From assembly GCF_009914755.1 (NCBI RefSeq), contig NC_060930.1: a DNA stretch of 64,000 nt; one strand, given 5' to 3'. This document shows positions 29,380 to 42,610 of the stretch, piece after piece. Position numbers and translations under genes: made by a program. The number at the start of each line of letters is the position of its first letter. Within the stretch, counting starts at the first letter, position 1. Under the pieces are notes generated by a model. It was not told where the DNA came from and did not search any database. It saw nothing but the letters and a program-made list of their open reading frames with translations. The stretch is from the human T2T-CHM13v2.0 reference genome, Homo sapiens.

Positions 29380-30070
29380 ACATCTCATAGAGTCTAATGT
29401 TTTAACCATGTAAATTAAGATGAAGTTTAAGCCAGTGGGTGAGCTTGTCAGCTGCCTTAGAAATGTGATGAAGTAATTGACTGGAACTAAAAACAACAGT
29501 TAGCATTAATGCCAGACTTGTCTTTCCCTTTTTCCCCATGCCATGAGTTTTTGAGATATGACTGCAATCCTGAAAGTATATACTTCTGGTTTATTTCACA
29601 TTTTTGCCTTATAACATTACTCCCAGGGATAAATCAACATCCATGATGAGATTCATACAGGAACTACCCCACCACCTCAGCTTGTATTGTTTTCATGGAC
29701 AGCACACACTATGTCCTTTTGAAAAGTTTGTAAGCAAAATTGCAAACTCATTAGATCAAGAAAAGAGTGGCTTTCTTTATGACATGGAGCTGAAAAAAAA
29801 AGAAGAAAAGAGTGGCTTTCTATGAGGTAAGTAGGTGGACCAAGGGTCGTGGTTTTCAAACAGCAACAGAATTAAAATCTCTAGCTTTCTAATCTCCTGT
29901 TTTTGCCTCCTGTTTGCAATGATCTGTGTTGGGGACCAAGATGGATGACCTTTTTCTGGACAGGCATCCCAAAGTTAACCCAGCCAAATATTCATCTGGA
30001 TTTTATCAACTTGATGTGGTTAGGAAAATAAAAGTGATTTCAAGAACAAAGTACAAAGTCACACAATAAC
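29380..30070 (-). pseudogene. RNF213-like E3-core remnants
   Basis: LFLKSLLFS*PHQV..EYL~VILKLLLKYSFHDV..EYL; FLDLMSLQFCLQ~YLQEVARIRLCLD; FLRQLTSSPTGLNFI~LVRKLSSQRGMEFV. Confidence 0.65.
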
Positions 30071-31019
30071 TCCCTTTTTAAATAAAAATAGACTTTGAAA
30101 AACTAAATGACATTTTTTTCAGCCTCTCTTTTTCCTCTTGAGTTAATTTGCTTTGTTATTTTATCTTCTTCCAACATCTTCTTCCCCAACATCTGGGTAT
30201 AACTGAATTGAAAGATTCTTTCCTGGTTCCTTTCTCCAAAGAAGGTGCATGTAGATGTGACTGGCCTAGGACAGTCCGAAACAGGCACAGAGCCTGCTAG
30301 ATCATTGGCATTGTTACGTTATAACAATTTACCTTCAAGTAACTTGAGCTTTAGCTTTAGTAATTGGGTGAGTCAGAGATCAGAAAGAGATTCAGCAGCA
30401 TTCACTATAGTCAGTCAAAACATGAATCAGTAGGAATTTGCTAAAAACTCCTAGGAGTTCAGCAATCTTTTCAGCACTATAAGATTTATGGAAGAATAAC
30501 AGCTGGCCCCTTCTTCAGAAAGCTTGTGACCCAGGAGGGGAAACATGATCAATGGCAAATTTTCTTTGTCTTCTTCACCAGGCCAGTTATTAGTTACGTG
30601 TTCTTAGGAGAATTTACCACTATTGAGCCTTAAGATAGGCAGAGCTTTAAAATCAGCACATGTCCCTATATAAATGTAAGAATCTGGTTTCCTAGGGCCT
30701 GCTTTTCAATTCCCAGCACACAGGCAGCACTTATAATTTTCCAATGTCTCTCTATTCCCTTATGCGTTCTATTATTTGAATGTTGGTCTCTCTTCCCAAC
30801 TTGGGGGATGGTGGGAGGTGGGAGTGCGAAGATTCCCTTTGATTGCTGGGATGACTCTAGCCATCACCAACTAGACTTCAACATGGCACCTGACACATAT
30901 CGGCACTCAAAGAGCAACTGTTTGTCTTCAAATCTGAAACTAAGAAAAAGCAATGAACAGTATGGAGGTCTCAAAACCTGGATGCAGAGGAATGACAGGG
31001 AAATGCAGTGTTTAAGAAA

Positions 31020-31900
31020 AATGCACCAATTGAGAGTGTGAGATCAGATTGGAGGGCGGGAGGCTGGAGTCAGGCAGTTTAGCCAGGAAGGGGCTGAAAA
31101 CGACCTGTGCCTGAGATGATGAGAACCCAAATTAGAAAGTGGGAAGAAACTCAAGGAAGTAAGAGAGGCTTGGGGAAAAAAATCAGTAGAACTTGATGAT
31201 TATCAGGCACAATGAAAAAGGCTATGCGGCAACCAAGTATAAACGCAAAAGAAACATTAGAGATGACTTCAAAGCTTTGAGTGGGAATGACCATGAGACA
31301 TGGGCACCATGGAAAAAACAAGGAAATAAGAAAAGGAACTGGTTTTGTAGGGGAGATGATGAGCTCAATTAGAGACTGTTGGTTGAGTCTGAGGTGATGG
31401 GAAGACTTTCAAGTGAAAATGACCAGTGGGCAGTCAGAGATATGGGAATAAACCTTGAGCAAAAGACAGGACATGAGCCATAAATCTGTGAGTCATCAGC
31501 CCTCGTGTTTGCAGCCATGAGAACAGAGTTGACCTCTAAACATGGTGGTGTCCAGCAAGAAGCATGGAGGACCAAGGACTGAACCTTGGGTAAGACGGGG
31601 CATGAGGAAGGGATCAAGAGACATGGGGAAAGCTTCAGAAGACTTGGAAGATTAGCAGGAAACCAAGAATAGTGTAAGGGCAGAAACATGAAAGGATTAA
31701 TAATTTCCAAGAAGAAGGGGGTGGAAAATACAGTGACAGCTGCAGAAGTCAGAATGACCTTGGGAGTTACAGTGGCAACTGGTGACTTCTAGGGGTCAAT
31801 TTGGGTAAACAGTTGGGGGTGAAAATTAGATTTCAAGGAGTTAAAGAGGGATGAGGAAGAGAGGAAACAGTGACAGAGAATATGAACCATGTATTCAAAA
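31020..31900 (-). mobile_element. L2 fragment
   Basis: Purine-rich L2 antisense motifs (gagtctgaggtg..caagtgaaaatg..ggtgacttctaggg..gatttcaaggagttaaagagg). Confidence 0.7.
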
Positions 31901-32039
31901 ATATTTATTAGTGAATTAGAAATAGAATCATGGCTAGAGAGGACAAAAGTGTATACTTAATATCTGGGGAATTTTTTAGAAAATATTTTATCATATTTTA
32001 TTTGTTAAAAGTGATATTTAATTCTTACATCTTATCTGA

Positions 32040-32720
32040 CATGGCAAGTAGATGTTCACATGGACGTTTATGATCCTTGAAGTGGAACATAATACTCCTT
32101 CCTCCTTACACACATACAAACACACACACATACACACATGCACATGTGCACACACACACACATCAAACATGTATACATTATAAAAGTTCACAGACCCCTT
32201 CCCATGTCACAAGGAGTGAACTTCCCAGTATTCTGGCTCCAAGATAAAATCAGACTGGAACTTGCCTCAAATGGGCAATGTTGACCTCTAATGACATCAA
32301 GGCTGGGTAGAACCAACTGCCCAGGGTTGCATGCCCTTCACAAGAATGCTCTTATTTAGGCATTTCATCTTGGCCTTTTGCTGTAGTGTTTGCAATCCAC
32401 CTTTTGTGCAATCCAAAAGTGTTTGTTTTGTGTAAAACATTGAACTTCATGTTCAGTGTTAATGTTTATTCTTTAGCCTAGCCATATTAGGAGCTTTTTG
32501 AAAAATGGCTAATTCCATCATTCTTGAGTGGTCAATCCTACCATGGTTTCAACAGAGTCCTAGAGACGACTGAGAAACCTAAAGAAGAAACGGCTAAGCC
32601 TGTGCCAAAAACAGCAAGAGTGCTCTGATGAAATTCCTCATGGTTCACACGACTGTCATTTGTCTAAAGACCAACCTGCCTCCTGTCACCCTGCCTTACT
32701 TTGTCCAAAAACATAAGTAC
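32040..32720 (-). pseudogene. RNF213-like E3 shell / RING-domain remnant
   Basis: WHRLSRFF~WSRIFSTA; GMQPWAVG~GIQPCSIC (32335-32312); QHCPF~MICPY; FKDHKRP~FKDNAPP (32081-32061). Confidence 0.65.
32108..32162 (+). repeat. Imperfect (CA)n microsatellite
   Basis: Direct reading. Confidence 0.8.
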
Positions 32721-32974
32721 CCTACGCCTCTCCAAAGTTAAGGAAAATGTGACATGTGAATCTGGAATATATATGTACCGTGTAAGTATGTAATATTATT
32801 TCAAATCTGGCACCCATAATGTTGCTTGACACTAAGCCAAATTTAGATTTGAATATAGAATATAAACTTCCATAAGTTTAGCTTGGAAAATAAAAACAAT
32901 TTTCCCAAAACGTGAGAATAGTAAAAACAGATGTCCTTAGATAAGAACACAGAATGTATCCATAATTTTTATTT

Positions 32975-33690
32975 CAGTAGTTAAATAAAAACTATTTACT
33001 AAATCATAACATATACACAGAAAAGTATACAAATTGTAAGTTTAGAACTTAATGAGTTTTCACAAAAGGAACACCCCCATGTAGCCGGTACCCAGCTCAG
33101 GAAATACAACCAGCCCTTTGAGAACCACCTCTCATGGCCCTTCCCACTCACTACCTCGCTGCAAAGGAAATCATTACCCCAGCTTCTAAAATCATGTATT
33201 AGTTTTGCCTGTTTTTAAGTTTTATAGAAATGGCACATTAATCTATGTATTATTCGGTGTCTGGCTTATTTCACTCAACATTCTGTTTGTGGGATTCAGA
33301 TTCATCCATGTTGTTGTAGTTTGTCATAGTTTGTTCATTGTATAAATACACTGCAATTTTATTTATTCATTCCTCTGTTGATGGCCATTTGAGTTGTTTC
33401 CAGTTTGGGGCTAGTGTGAATAGTACTGCTGGGAACATTTTTGTATGTCTTTGATGCACATATGCATTTGTTTCTCTTGGGTATAAATGTAGGAGTGGAA
33501 TTGCTGGGCCACAGACTCATCTTGGGGAGATGGTGCCAAACAGTTCCAAGGTGTTGTACATAATTAGCCTCCCGCCAGAATGTATTTGAGTTATAATTGC
33601 TCCATATCATCTCTGGTCCTTGGTATTGTTAGGTGTTTTAGGGTTTTTGTTTGTTTTGTGTTTGCCCATCTGATGGGATTGGCATTTTTT
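32975..33690 (-). mobile_element. L1M (L1ME/MD-like) 3' fragment
   Basis: atacacagaaaagtatacaaattgtaag..tgtctggcttatttcactcaaca..aggagtggaattgctggg. Confidence 0.8.
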
Positions 33691-34099
33691 AAAAGTTTCT
33701 GCAGAGACTACGGTACAGGGAACAGCACAATCATTCCTAGTCTAAATTAGTCTAAATGAATATTACCAATATTGAGAGCTCCCCATTTTAAGAATTTATA
33801 ATTATGAAAATTATCTTTTGTAATATCTAAAACTTATTTTGCACTTCCATTGAGTGGGAATTTTGCTGAGTCTTTAGTTTAAAAGTCATACACTTCGTAA
33901 AGATCAGACTGCTAGAGTCCCTCCGCCTTACTTTCAGATGTCTTAAAAAATAAACAAAAGATAGGAGGGAGGAAGGGAGGAGAGGAAGGAAGGAAGAAAG
34001 GCAGGGAAGAAAGAAAAAAGAAAGGAAATAGTGAGGGAAGGAAGGAAGGCATGATTGATTCTCGCTAGCCAAAGTGATCTCATGAACGTGACTGTTTTC

Positions 34100-34480
34100 A
34101 ACAACAAAAAAAGGGACAGATTCTATAGGAAAACATTTGATTGACTTTAATTCCCCCACAAGTATATATTCTTTGGGGATGATCATGTAAAAAACTAAAT
34201 AAATAAACAACACACACACACACACACACACACATCTCTATATACATGGAAAATAAGGTATAGATGTAAATGAAGTAAAACATTGACATCTACAAGAGGT
34301 TATTGGAAAGACTGAACGTCTTTCCAACATGTTGAATGTTGCTTGGTTTGGAGGATGGTTGGTGGGAATGCCCCTGAAGTGTTTGTCATCTTCACAGTCA
34401 TCTCTTGAATTAACCATGCACAACTCCTCAAAAAGAACCCCCAAAAACTGAAGAGCAAAGACAAAGGGAAAAGGAACGAG
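34100..34480 (-). pseudogene. RNF213-like E3-back remnant
   Basis: ORF 34238-34528: VPF..LFEELCM..KHFRGI~VPFSW..YLEELWV..KKFVDI. Confidence 0.55.
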
Positions 34481-34989
34481 CCACCTGTTACCTAGTCCTC
34501 CACATGGTTTCACACCCAGTGTAGACACTTTGTAGAAGCCAGTTCCAAAGGCAAGCCTCTAAGAAGACTGTCAAGTCACTGTTGTTGTGTCTCCTGGAGC
34601 TCCAAAGTGCAGGACGATTGAACAAATGGGCTCCTCCTCCATCCTCCCAGGCCATGCTGCTTTCACCCTATCACAACCTTATAGTCCATCTAGTGTCAGA
34701 GCCTTGGTGTGCCTATATGTTTCCCTTAAAAGGTTGTGGAATTCAGAAGGAGAGAGCCCAGGTCTTACTTATCTTTGGAGTCAGCCAGAGTCACAAATGC
34801 TTTGCAGGCCCAGAGCAACGACCAAGAAAAGGTACTAAATTGCACTGACCCCCAGGCCAACTCTGTTTACTTTGAGAAAGGTGGGTTGTGTATAAGTTAA
34901 AGCACGTAGGTGTTGTTTCTACAATGTAGAACCATTTAGATCATGTTCCTATCATTTTGGATACTTTCACCCTTCTAACTTGTGCATGC

Positions 34990-35000
34990 ACCCACACATG

Positions 35001-35046
<46 letters not shown>
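34990..35046 (+). repeat. (CA)n microsatellite (~21 pure units)
   Basis: Direct reading; a shorter (CA)n lies at 34210-34234. Confidence 0.95.
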
Positions 35047-35050
<4 letters not shown>

Positions 35051-37172
35051 CCTTCCTCTCCCACACTCTCCCTGTCTTACAAAATGTGCATAAGCACTGC
35101 AAAATCACTCTGCTTTCACTGATTAATCACAGCCTAGCTAACTTCACACCATTAAGAATGAAAGTACAGCTGGAAATGGTGTGGTGGAAAGGCTAAGACC
35201 AGCAGAAGGAGCAGATAATTCTACTTCTATTGGGCCACTAGCCGGCTGTGTGACCCTTGCCTTTTGGCCCTCACTTTTCTCCTGCTGTAGATGGACTCTG
35301 AGTTTCCTTCAATGATATTGCACAAAGGTGCATGTCTCCATAATTCCTCAGAAGGAGGAGCTTCCATTGCTTGTCTCCCAGTTTGTACCAGGACACTGTC
35401 AAAGCCAGAGCAAGATCTGATTTTCTGTTTGCTTAGAGTGCAAGTTGGTTTATTAAATAAAAGTGTGGTGGGACTGCTTCCTGTCTGTTTTGGCAACAAG
35501 ACACTTGGAAATAAGAACACAATAAATGGAGTTTCAGCACTCAATACTCACTCTCCCTTTCCAAATTGAGACTACTTTGATAATTTGTGAGAGAAAGGAG
35601 ACCCCTCAAACAAGGGCAAGAGATTGCACAATAGAAACCCAGCAGGTAAAGAGTTGTATAACTAATTCAGCAGTTCTTTGTATAGCTGAAATACCATAAT
35701 TTCCCAAATTACTTTCTTTCACATTGCCGTACATGAGAGCAGTTGAGGTCTTGGCTTTCTCTTAACCCCAAACAGGTTACATCTTCACAAGTCTAAGGAG
35801 ATTTTCACCTTGAAAATGTCTGATCCACCATGGGGTTGTAGCTATCCCCTGTATGTGAGACTATTTGCCTTTCCTCCAAAAGCCAAGACCAAAGATGTCA
35901 CTGTGGGCAGGCAAGACACATTTACTAAAGTTTATTTTTTCTATTGCAAAGTAAAAACCAGGATGTGGAGGCTGATGGAGTGTGGACCAAATAAAAAATC
36001 AGTGGAATTGGTTTCCTTCCCGAAAGCATAAGTTTACAGGTGTGCTTGGAAGTTGTAACAAGATACCTGGTGGGAATTCCAATGCACTTCCTCTTTTGGA
36101 AGAGTAAAGGAGAGAATTAATTCTGGCTCCTAAGATCAGGACTGAGACTCTTATCAGAACATGACTTTTTGTGAGTGCTCTCTAATTCCAGGCTGAACAC
36201 TGCCAAACACCAGATGTTCAGAGTGGTAAACCGTTGGAGTTCTCTGCAAAATCTGTTCATCTAATTGCACTTGGGTGGTGGTTGTCGCTGCTGCTCTCCT
36301 GCTCCCACCCCAATACCATGTGGTTTTTTTTTTTAAGGTTAAAGTTCAGCCCTAGCTAAAGCTGCATTCAGAGAGTGGGAGTCAATGTCTGGCCACAGAG
36401 CAGAAGGAGGTGGGGAGGGTGACTTTCTCTGTAGTTCTGTGTCCTAGATTTTCTGAAATGATTACATTCTGAGGACTCAGAGGCAGCTCACACTTTCAAG
36501 TCTGAATGCTGACTCATGTCCTCCCCTTCAGGGCAACGGAAAGGAAGGGTGGAGTTGGAGGATCTGGGGCTGTAGGGTAGGAGCAGGCAGGGGGGTGGTG
36601 GGGAGCAGAAAGAGGGAGTGAGGACACTTGCAAGTCTCTGCTGAACAAAATCCTTCCAACTTTCTTCAAGAGTCAAGAAACCTGACAGTGGAGCCTATGC
36701 AACTGCCCAGATGGCACATTATTTTTTTTTTTTTTGGTCTTTTTAGCCTTCTCCTTTCTTTGTTTTCCTTTGAGACCTTCAGGACCTACATAGTTAGTAA
36801 AGAGGAGGGGGAATGTCAAGTGAAATGAGTCAAATAAATGGAGGAAAACAATAACAAAAAATCCCCCTATAACTTAGGGTGATTTAGAAGGGAATCTTTG
36901 CTGAGCCTTAAAGGTGCCATTTCCTCTAGTGACTTTGATGGGTTCACAAAAGTTTGGGTCATTCACTCAGCTGGCCATTCACAGGGGCTTTGAGTAGCTT
37001 AATCTTTTAGCTAGTCAGCAGTTTGATAGTGTCATTTATCTGGCCATTGACAGGAGCTCACACACTCTGTCTAGTCTCAAGCGCTGTCCAAGTTCCTCTA
37101 TCAGAAAAGTCACCTGTGATGGGACCAGAAACCAATATACCTCCAGTGACCCAGGACAGGTTTAAACCCAGC

Positions 37173-37500
<328 letters not shown>

Positions 37501-38149
37501 AAAATCCAGCATTTTATGTTACACTTCTGGTGTACACAGATATGTCTTCCACAGAATTGCTGGCTAACAATCTTTTAGTGGTTTTCTTGAATCAGATAAT
37601 CACTTTGTGACCACTGATTCATGTGTTCAATAAAAATTCCATGCCTACCAAGTGTCAGGCCCCTTGATAGGAGCTGAGGATATATGAAGCTCTTTTCTAC
37701 TGGGGAGTCTGAAAATAAGCGCCGACGTTCACATGCATCCACACACAAATGCATACACTTAAATCACACATTACGGTGGGTGTTGTGCAGGAGATGAACA
37801 GGCTGCAGTGACAGAACTGAAGGATGAGGTAGAGTCTGCTATGTAAAGAAAAAAATGATCAACTCCATTGACTAAAGTGCTGAGATGGGGTCTCTCATCT
37901 TTACACACCCTGTGCCCAGCCCAGTGGGCACGCAGTGGACATTAATTGTGGGGCCCTAAGCTTCACCCCCATCACTACAGATGCTCTCAGGGTTGACATT
38001 TGGTCAGAGGGCACTGGCTGTCCCAGTTGTTCAGCTGCTACTGCTTGGTGACTCTGAAATACCCCACCTCACCCACTCCCAAGACCTCCTCTCACTCCAT
38101 CCCCAAGACCTACCCTACAACTTAGCAACTAAAGGGGAAAGTGGTCTCC

Positions 38150-39240
38150 AGCAGGTCTGGAGCTGTCCTGTCCTGCCTATTAAATATTTCAGGAATGATA
38201 TCCATTCTTAGAGTTGGGAGAGGGTTGTGCGTGCATGCGTGCATGTTCAAGAGGGAGAGAGAGAGAACGTACATGCCCAGCTGGCTTAGAAACAGCCTGC
38301 TGCCTTAGAGAAATTGCTAGGATTTTGACAGTACTGTCCCCTTTACAGTTCCATGACCACCATCAAATAGTCTCTGTAATACCTCCTCCTGCCAAGTTCT
38401 GGAACAGAATGGTAGAGAAATTAAACAGACATCGTGTATGCCCTTTAATATTAACATATACACCCTGGAATACTATGTAGCCATAAAAAGGAATTAGATC
38501 ATGTCCTTTGTAGGGACACGGATGGAGCTGGAAGCCATTATCATTAGTAAATTAATGCAGGAACAGAAAACCAAATACCACATGTTCTCACTTATAGGTG
38601 GGAGCTGAACAATGAGAACACATGGACACAGGGAGAGGAACAACACACATGGGGTGTGGGGTTGAGGGAGGGAGAGCTTCAGGAAAAATAGCTAATGCAT
38701 GTTGGGCTTAATACCTAGGCGATGGGTTGATGGGTGCAGCAAACCACCATGGCGCACATTGACCTATGTAACAAACCTGCACATCCTGCACATGGACCCC
38801 CAAAATAAAAATATAAATAAAAATTTTTAAAAAATGTTACAGAACTAAAATGAATAACATAGCCCATGTGCGAAAAGTGGCGTTGGGTATGAGGAGCCAA
38901 GACATTTGTATTATGTTAGCAAGCTTATTTTGGGCAAGGACAGTCAGATCAAAGTTAATGGGTTCTTCCTCAGAACCCTACTTGGCATCCTGGTATCTGC
39001 TTGTGATAAGTCAACCATACAGTCAAACTCTTCAACTGTAGGTACAGGGAGAAGCAGGAATAGAAAAAGACCTAGTAAATTATCCTTTTCCTATAGAAAC
39101 ATAAAACACATGTGTCCATGTTTAATATTAAAAACATGGCTATTAAAGTAATAGAAAAATACTTCCTAAAGTTTAGGGGCTTGAGATATAATTCAGAGTA
39201 AATTTTTGGAGATCTATAAAAAATCACAAGTAAACCATCT
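38150..39240 (-). pseudogene. RNF213-like AAA5/AAA6 remnants split by an L1PA insertion
   Basis: YSELY..MFLILNMD~YTQLC..MVLLLNLQ; VDLSQADTRMPSRV (39015-38974); YPTPLF~FPIPLI; STIL..WQEEVLQRL~NTVLEKWQKSIVEEL (38394); NCKGDSTVKILAISL~NCATPDAVVRLSAYSL (38350-38306); EIFNRQ~EYFHRQ. Confidence 0.8.
38455..38825 (+). mobile_element. L1PA (older primate, ~PA10-13) 3' end
   Basis: ggaacagaaaaccaaataccacatgttctcac..caggaaaaatagctaatgcatg..cctatgtaacaaacctgcacatcctgcacatg plus A-rich tail. Confidence 0.9.
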
Positions 39241-40479
39241 TGCTCTCTCTGACCAACCACTACTGAACTGAAGTCTGGTTTTTCTTTTTTTGATTTAAGA
39301 AAGTTCTTTCCAGTCACTGCTATTTCCTTCCGCTCTCATCCAGAGCGTCACAATTCCTTTGGACCTCAAGAACACCTTGGACCTGCCAGTCCTCCCCGGC
39401 TCTGCTGCCTCTCCTGGGCCTCCCTGGCAGAAAGGAAAATCTCTTGCCTTTCATGGGGCTTAGCTGAACCCCATTCCTGCTTACTCCCTCAGCAGAAGGA
39501 GAAAAACAACAACCACAACAAACCACAAGATTGTAGCCATGATGTGCATTCTTCCTGGTGGCATCCTTCTTATCAGGGAAAAAAAAAAAACTTCTCTTTT
39601 TCTGCAGTCCATCTCTCCAGTTTTGCAGAAGCCAACTCTGCCTTTAAGGCTGGAGTTCTTGGTATGAAGCTGAGAACTAGTCCACCTGGAGTAGCAGGAA
39701 CGAGCCATCTAGTGGGGCCAGTATAACCTGGAAATAGCTGTTGGTGGCACTCTGCCCCTCCCTATTGTATGTGTTTTCATCGCATTTATCTTGCCTTCCC
39801 TAGTCCCATTTCTTTTTCTCCTCCTCTGCCTAGGCCTCCACTCCCTAATGGGATTGAGTGATTCAGTTACTTCAGTTAATTTCAATTCAACTCATATTAC
39901 TAGGTAGGAGAATCTCTGTGAAAGCACTTTGTAACAGGTGAAGTGTTTTACAAATATTAGCTTTAACTAAGCACTAATTATCATATCTTATCTGGGGTGT
40001 AGGTAGGAGAGATAAGTGCAAAAACGATAAAAAGCCTTGGTCCTGGCATTCCAGGTTCCTGACATCTAATAGAGGAGATACAAGACGCTTAAGAAAAATA
40101 TGATGATAGTGTTCTTCCAAACCTACTGTAGAGGAGGGAGTATTTAAACGGACCTAGAAAGATGTGTGAGACTTCTCCTGACAGAAACAGTGAGGACGTT
40201 GGAAAAAACACAAGATACATGATGCATCTCTTGCTCAGGGAGTCACAATAGAAGTGGATCCCTTCCAAAAAGAAAGGAATCCCATTAGACCAGTGATCAT
40301 CCTGAGACAGAAACGATGAATGAGGACCCTGGTCATTTAACCATATCTTCAATCCTCCACAACGTTAAATGTAAGAATTAAATGTCCAAGTTACATCTCT
40401 GTTTTGGAAGATGACAAGTTACACCTGACATACTTGGATAAATATGACAAAAATTCACTTGTGCACAGAAAGCTGCCAA

Positions 40480-42610
40480 GTCCCCTTCAGCGTGGTGAGG
40501 ACTTGAAGAGATGAAGTTTCTTTGAGCTGTACAGAATAGTCTGGAAGTAGGGGTAGGAGGTAGCATTCTTTTCCAGCCAAAGGTACAAACACCCTCTTAA
40601 AAAGAAAGGTGCATTTAGAAGGAATGCGGTCCCCATACATCACCTGTGATTAGCTTTTGGGCAACTTTCATGGACAGGAAGGCTTCCATTCAGGAGCAGA
40701 CAATTCGCTCAATTACCTTGAGGGTCTTAGGTCATCCCCTGAGAATGGGAACAATGTCCCTCAGACCTGCTAAGGAAACTCAATCAACCAACTCAGGTGT
40801 GCAATGAAGCGTTTGAAGAGTCATTGAAGGTGCTATTTACTCTCATTGGGTTTTTTGGGTTTTTTTCTTTTTTGCATGGAGGTAGATAACAAGTCTTTTA
40901 CTAGAACCTTCATCTGGGAGAGTTTTTGTTTTTCTGTTTGTGGCTTTTACCAGTTCTGTATTCAAAGACCAACACAAAACCCCTATTTACTTTCTGTCCT
41001 GGAAAATGCTATCAGCTCTGTGTGGAGCACTTCCTAGAAAACCCTCCCCTCCCCACCTCCCTAGCATGACTCTTCAGTTTGGCTTCAGGAGGATGTTTAC
41101 CTCTCACACTTACCATTGAGGTTCAAATCTGGCCAACCTTTTACCAGCCTTGAACACATAAAGCCACAGTCTTCCAAGAGGGGCAGTGGGCTCTCCTGGG
41201 TGCATTTCAATGATTTCCACCTGCTAACTTTTGCATTTGGAAAATTGCAGAGAACCAGATTATCATGCCATTTGAGACAATTTTGTCAGCTGTGATTTTC
41301 CTAAAGTAGGAATCCATATTCAAATATGAGAGCAAGAGGAAATTTTAGCCTAGACATTAAAGAAAAAAAATGAAAAGGGGTAAATAATCTTAAAATTGCA
41401 GCAAAGTTTTAGCCTTTCAAAGGGAAAGTGAGGACAAAACTATATCTAATCAAATTCTCACATTGTAAAGAATCTTCTGATTATTCTTACTTTTTTCTCC
41501 TCTTTTACACGCATCCAAAATCACTGCTTCTTTGGTGAAGTTTAAAAACGGAATATTTCTGACATATGCTCTCATTGAGTGATTAAAAATGGAAGCCAGA
41601 GGGGGAAAATACTCTCTAATTTGCACTCAAAGCAAAACTAGCCACCAAGGTACAGGAAAGAATAATGAGTGAAATAAATCTCTATAAGAAGTAACAGAAA
41701 GGGAATGAAAGATGGGCACTTTAAAAACTTCTCTAGATCAGCAATTCAGTGGGTTTAGCTTGCTAGATTTGCAAACACAGAACCAACAAGACAGCAGGAT
41801 CAGATGGCATGGGCAAGTGTTTTGGTGCCAGAAAATCTTGCAGAGAGAGCATGTTTGTCATCATTTTCAGGGAGTGAGGGGAGGGCAGAGAGAAAAAAGA
41901 CAAACCCTTCTGGTATCCACCTACACAGAAAATTTTTGTACTTCTTACCATGGAAATATTAACTTAGAGGAAGGGAACAGACCCTTGGGGACTTCCATCC
42001 TAAAACCTTTCTGAAAGGGTAATGCCCAGAAGCATATCCAAAAAGGAAGAGACTGGCAAATGAATTTGTGCAGAAACTCCAGCAGAATCAGGACACCAGA
42101 TTTTCCTGCACAAGCTGCACGTAACTCACCAGGGAGTCAGACTGCTCACTCTCTCGCCTTGTGCAACACAGCCATCCTGGCCTCTCCCAGTCCAGGACCC
42201 ACTTGTGCAGTCCTTGGCAGAGCCCACGATCTACTGAAACACCACAGCACTGTGTCTATTCCTACTCAAAACACACAAACTCCCTGCAGCATCCTTCAGC
42301 GTCCACCTTAGTGACCATACTCAAAATCCTCTTCGAATCCCCTGAGGACAGGAACCAGGCACTAGATCCACTTGGGGACCCAGATTATTCTGAGTTCAAA
42401 TCCCTTCACCATAGAATAAATCTCCAAATTCCTCTTTCTAATGTATCATGAACCAGCGCCAATTGGGTGGGTAGCTTTGGAAGACTGCTAATAAACTTTC
42501 CCCACTGGCAGTATCTCCCTCTTCCTTCTTCCTTCAAAGAGGAGAATTCATAAAAGCATTTGCATAAAATTATATGGAAAATATTGAATTCAGGATCCAT
42601 TCCTTTTCCA
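40480..42610 (-). pseudogene. RNF213-like catalytic AAA core remnants (both Walker-A regions, arginine-finger motif)
   Basis: DPEFN..NFMQML~DPDKTY..NMLKIL; GDTASGESLLAVFQS~GETGCGKTRLIKFLS (42518-42474); LSLQD~VSLRD; LKFPLALI/KITADKIVSNGM; KVNRGFVL..TELVKAT~KMNRGIFV..TELIESA; FLFKRVF~SLIKMVF; TAQRNF~AVLRNF. Confidence 0.8.
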
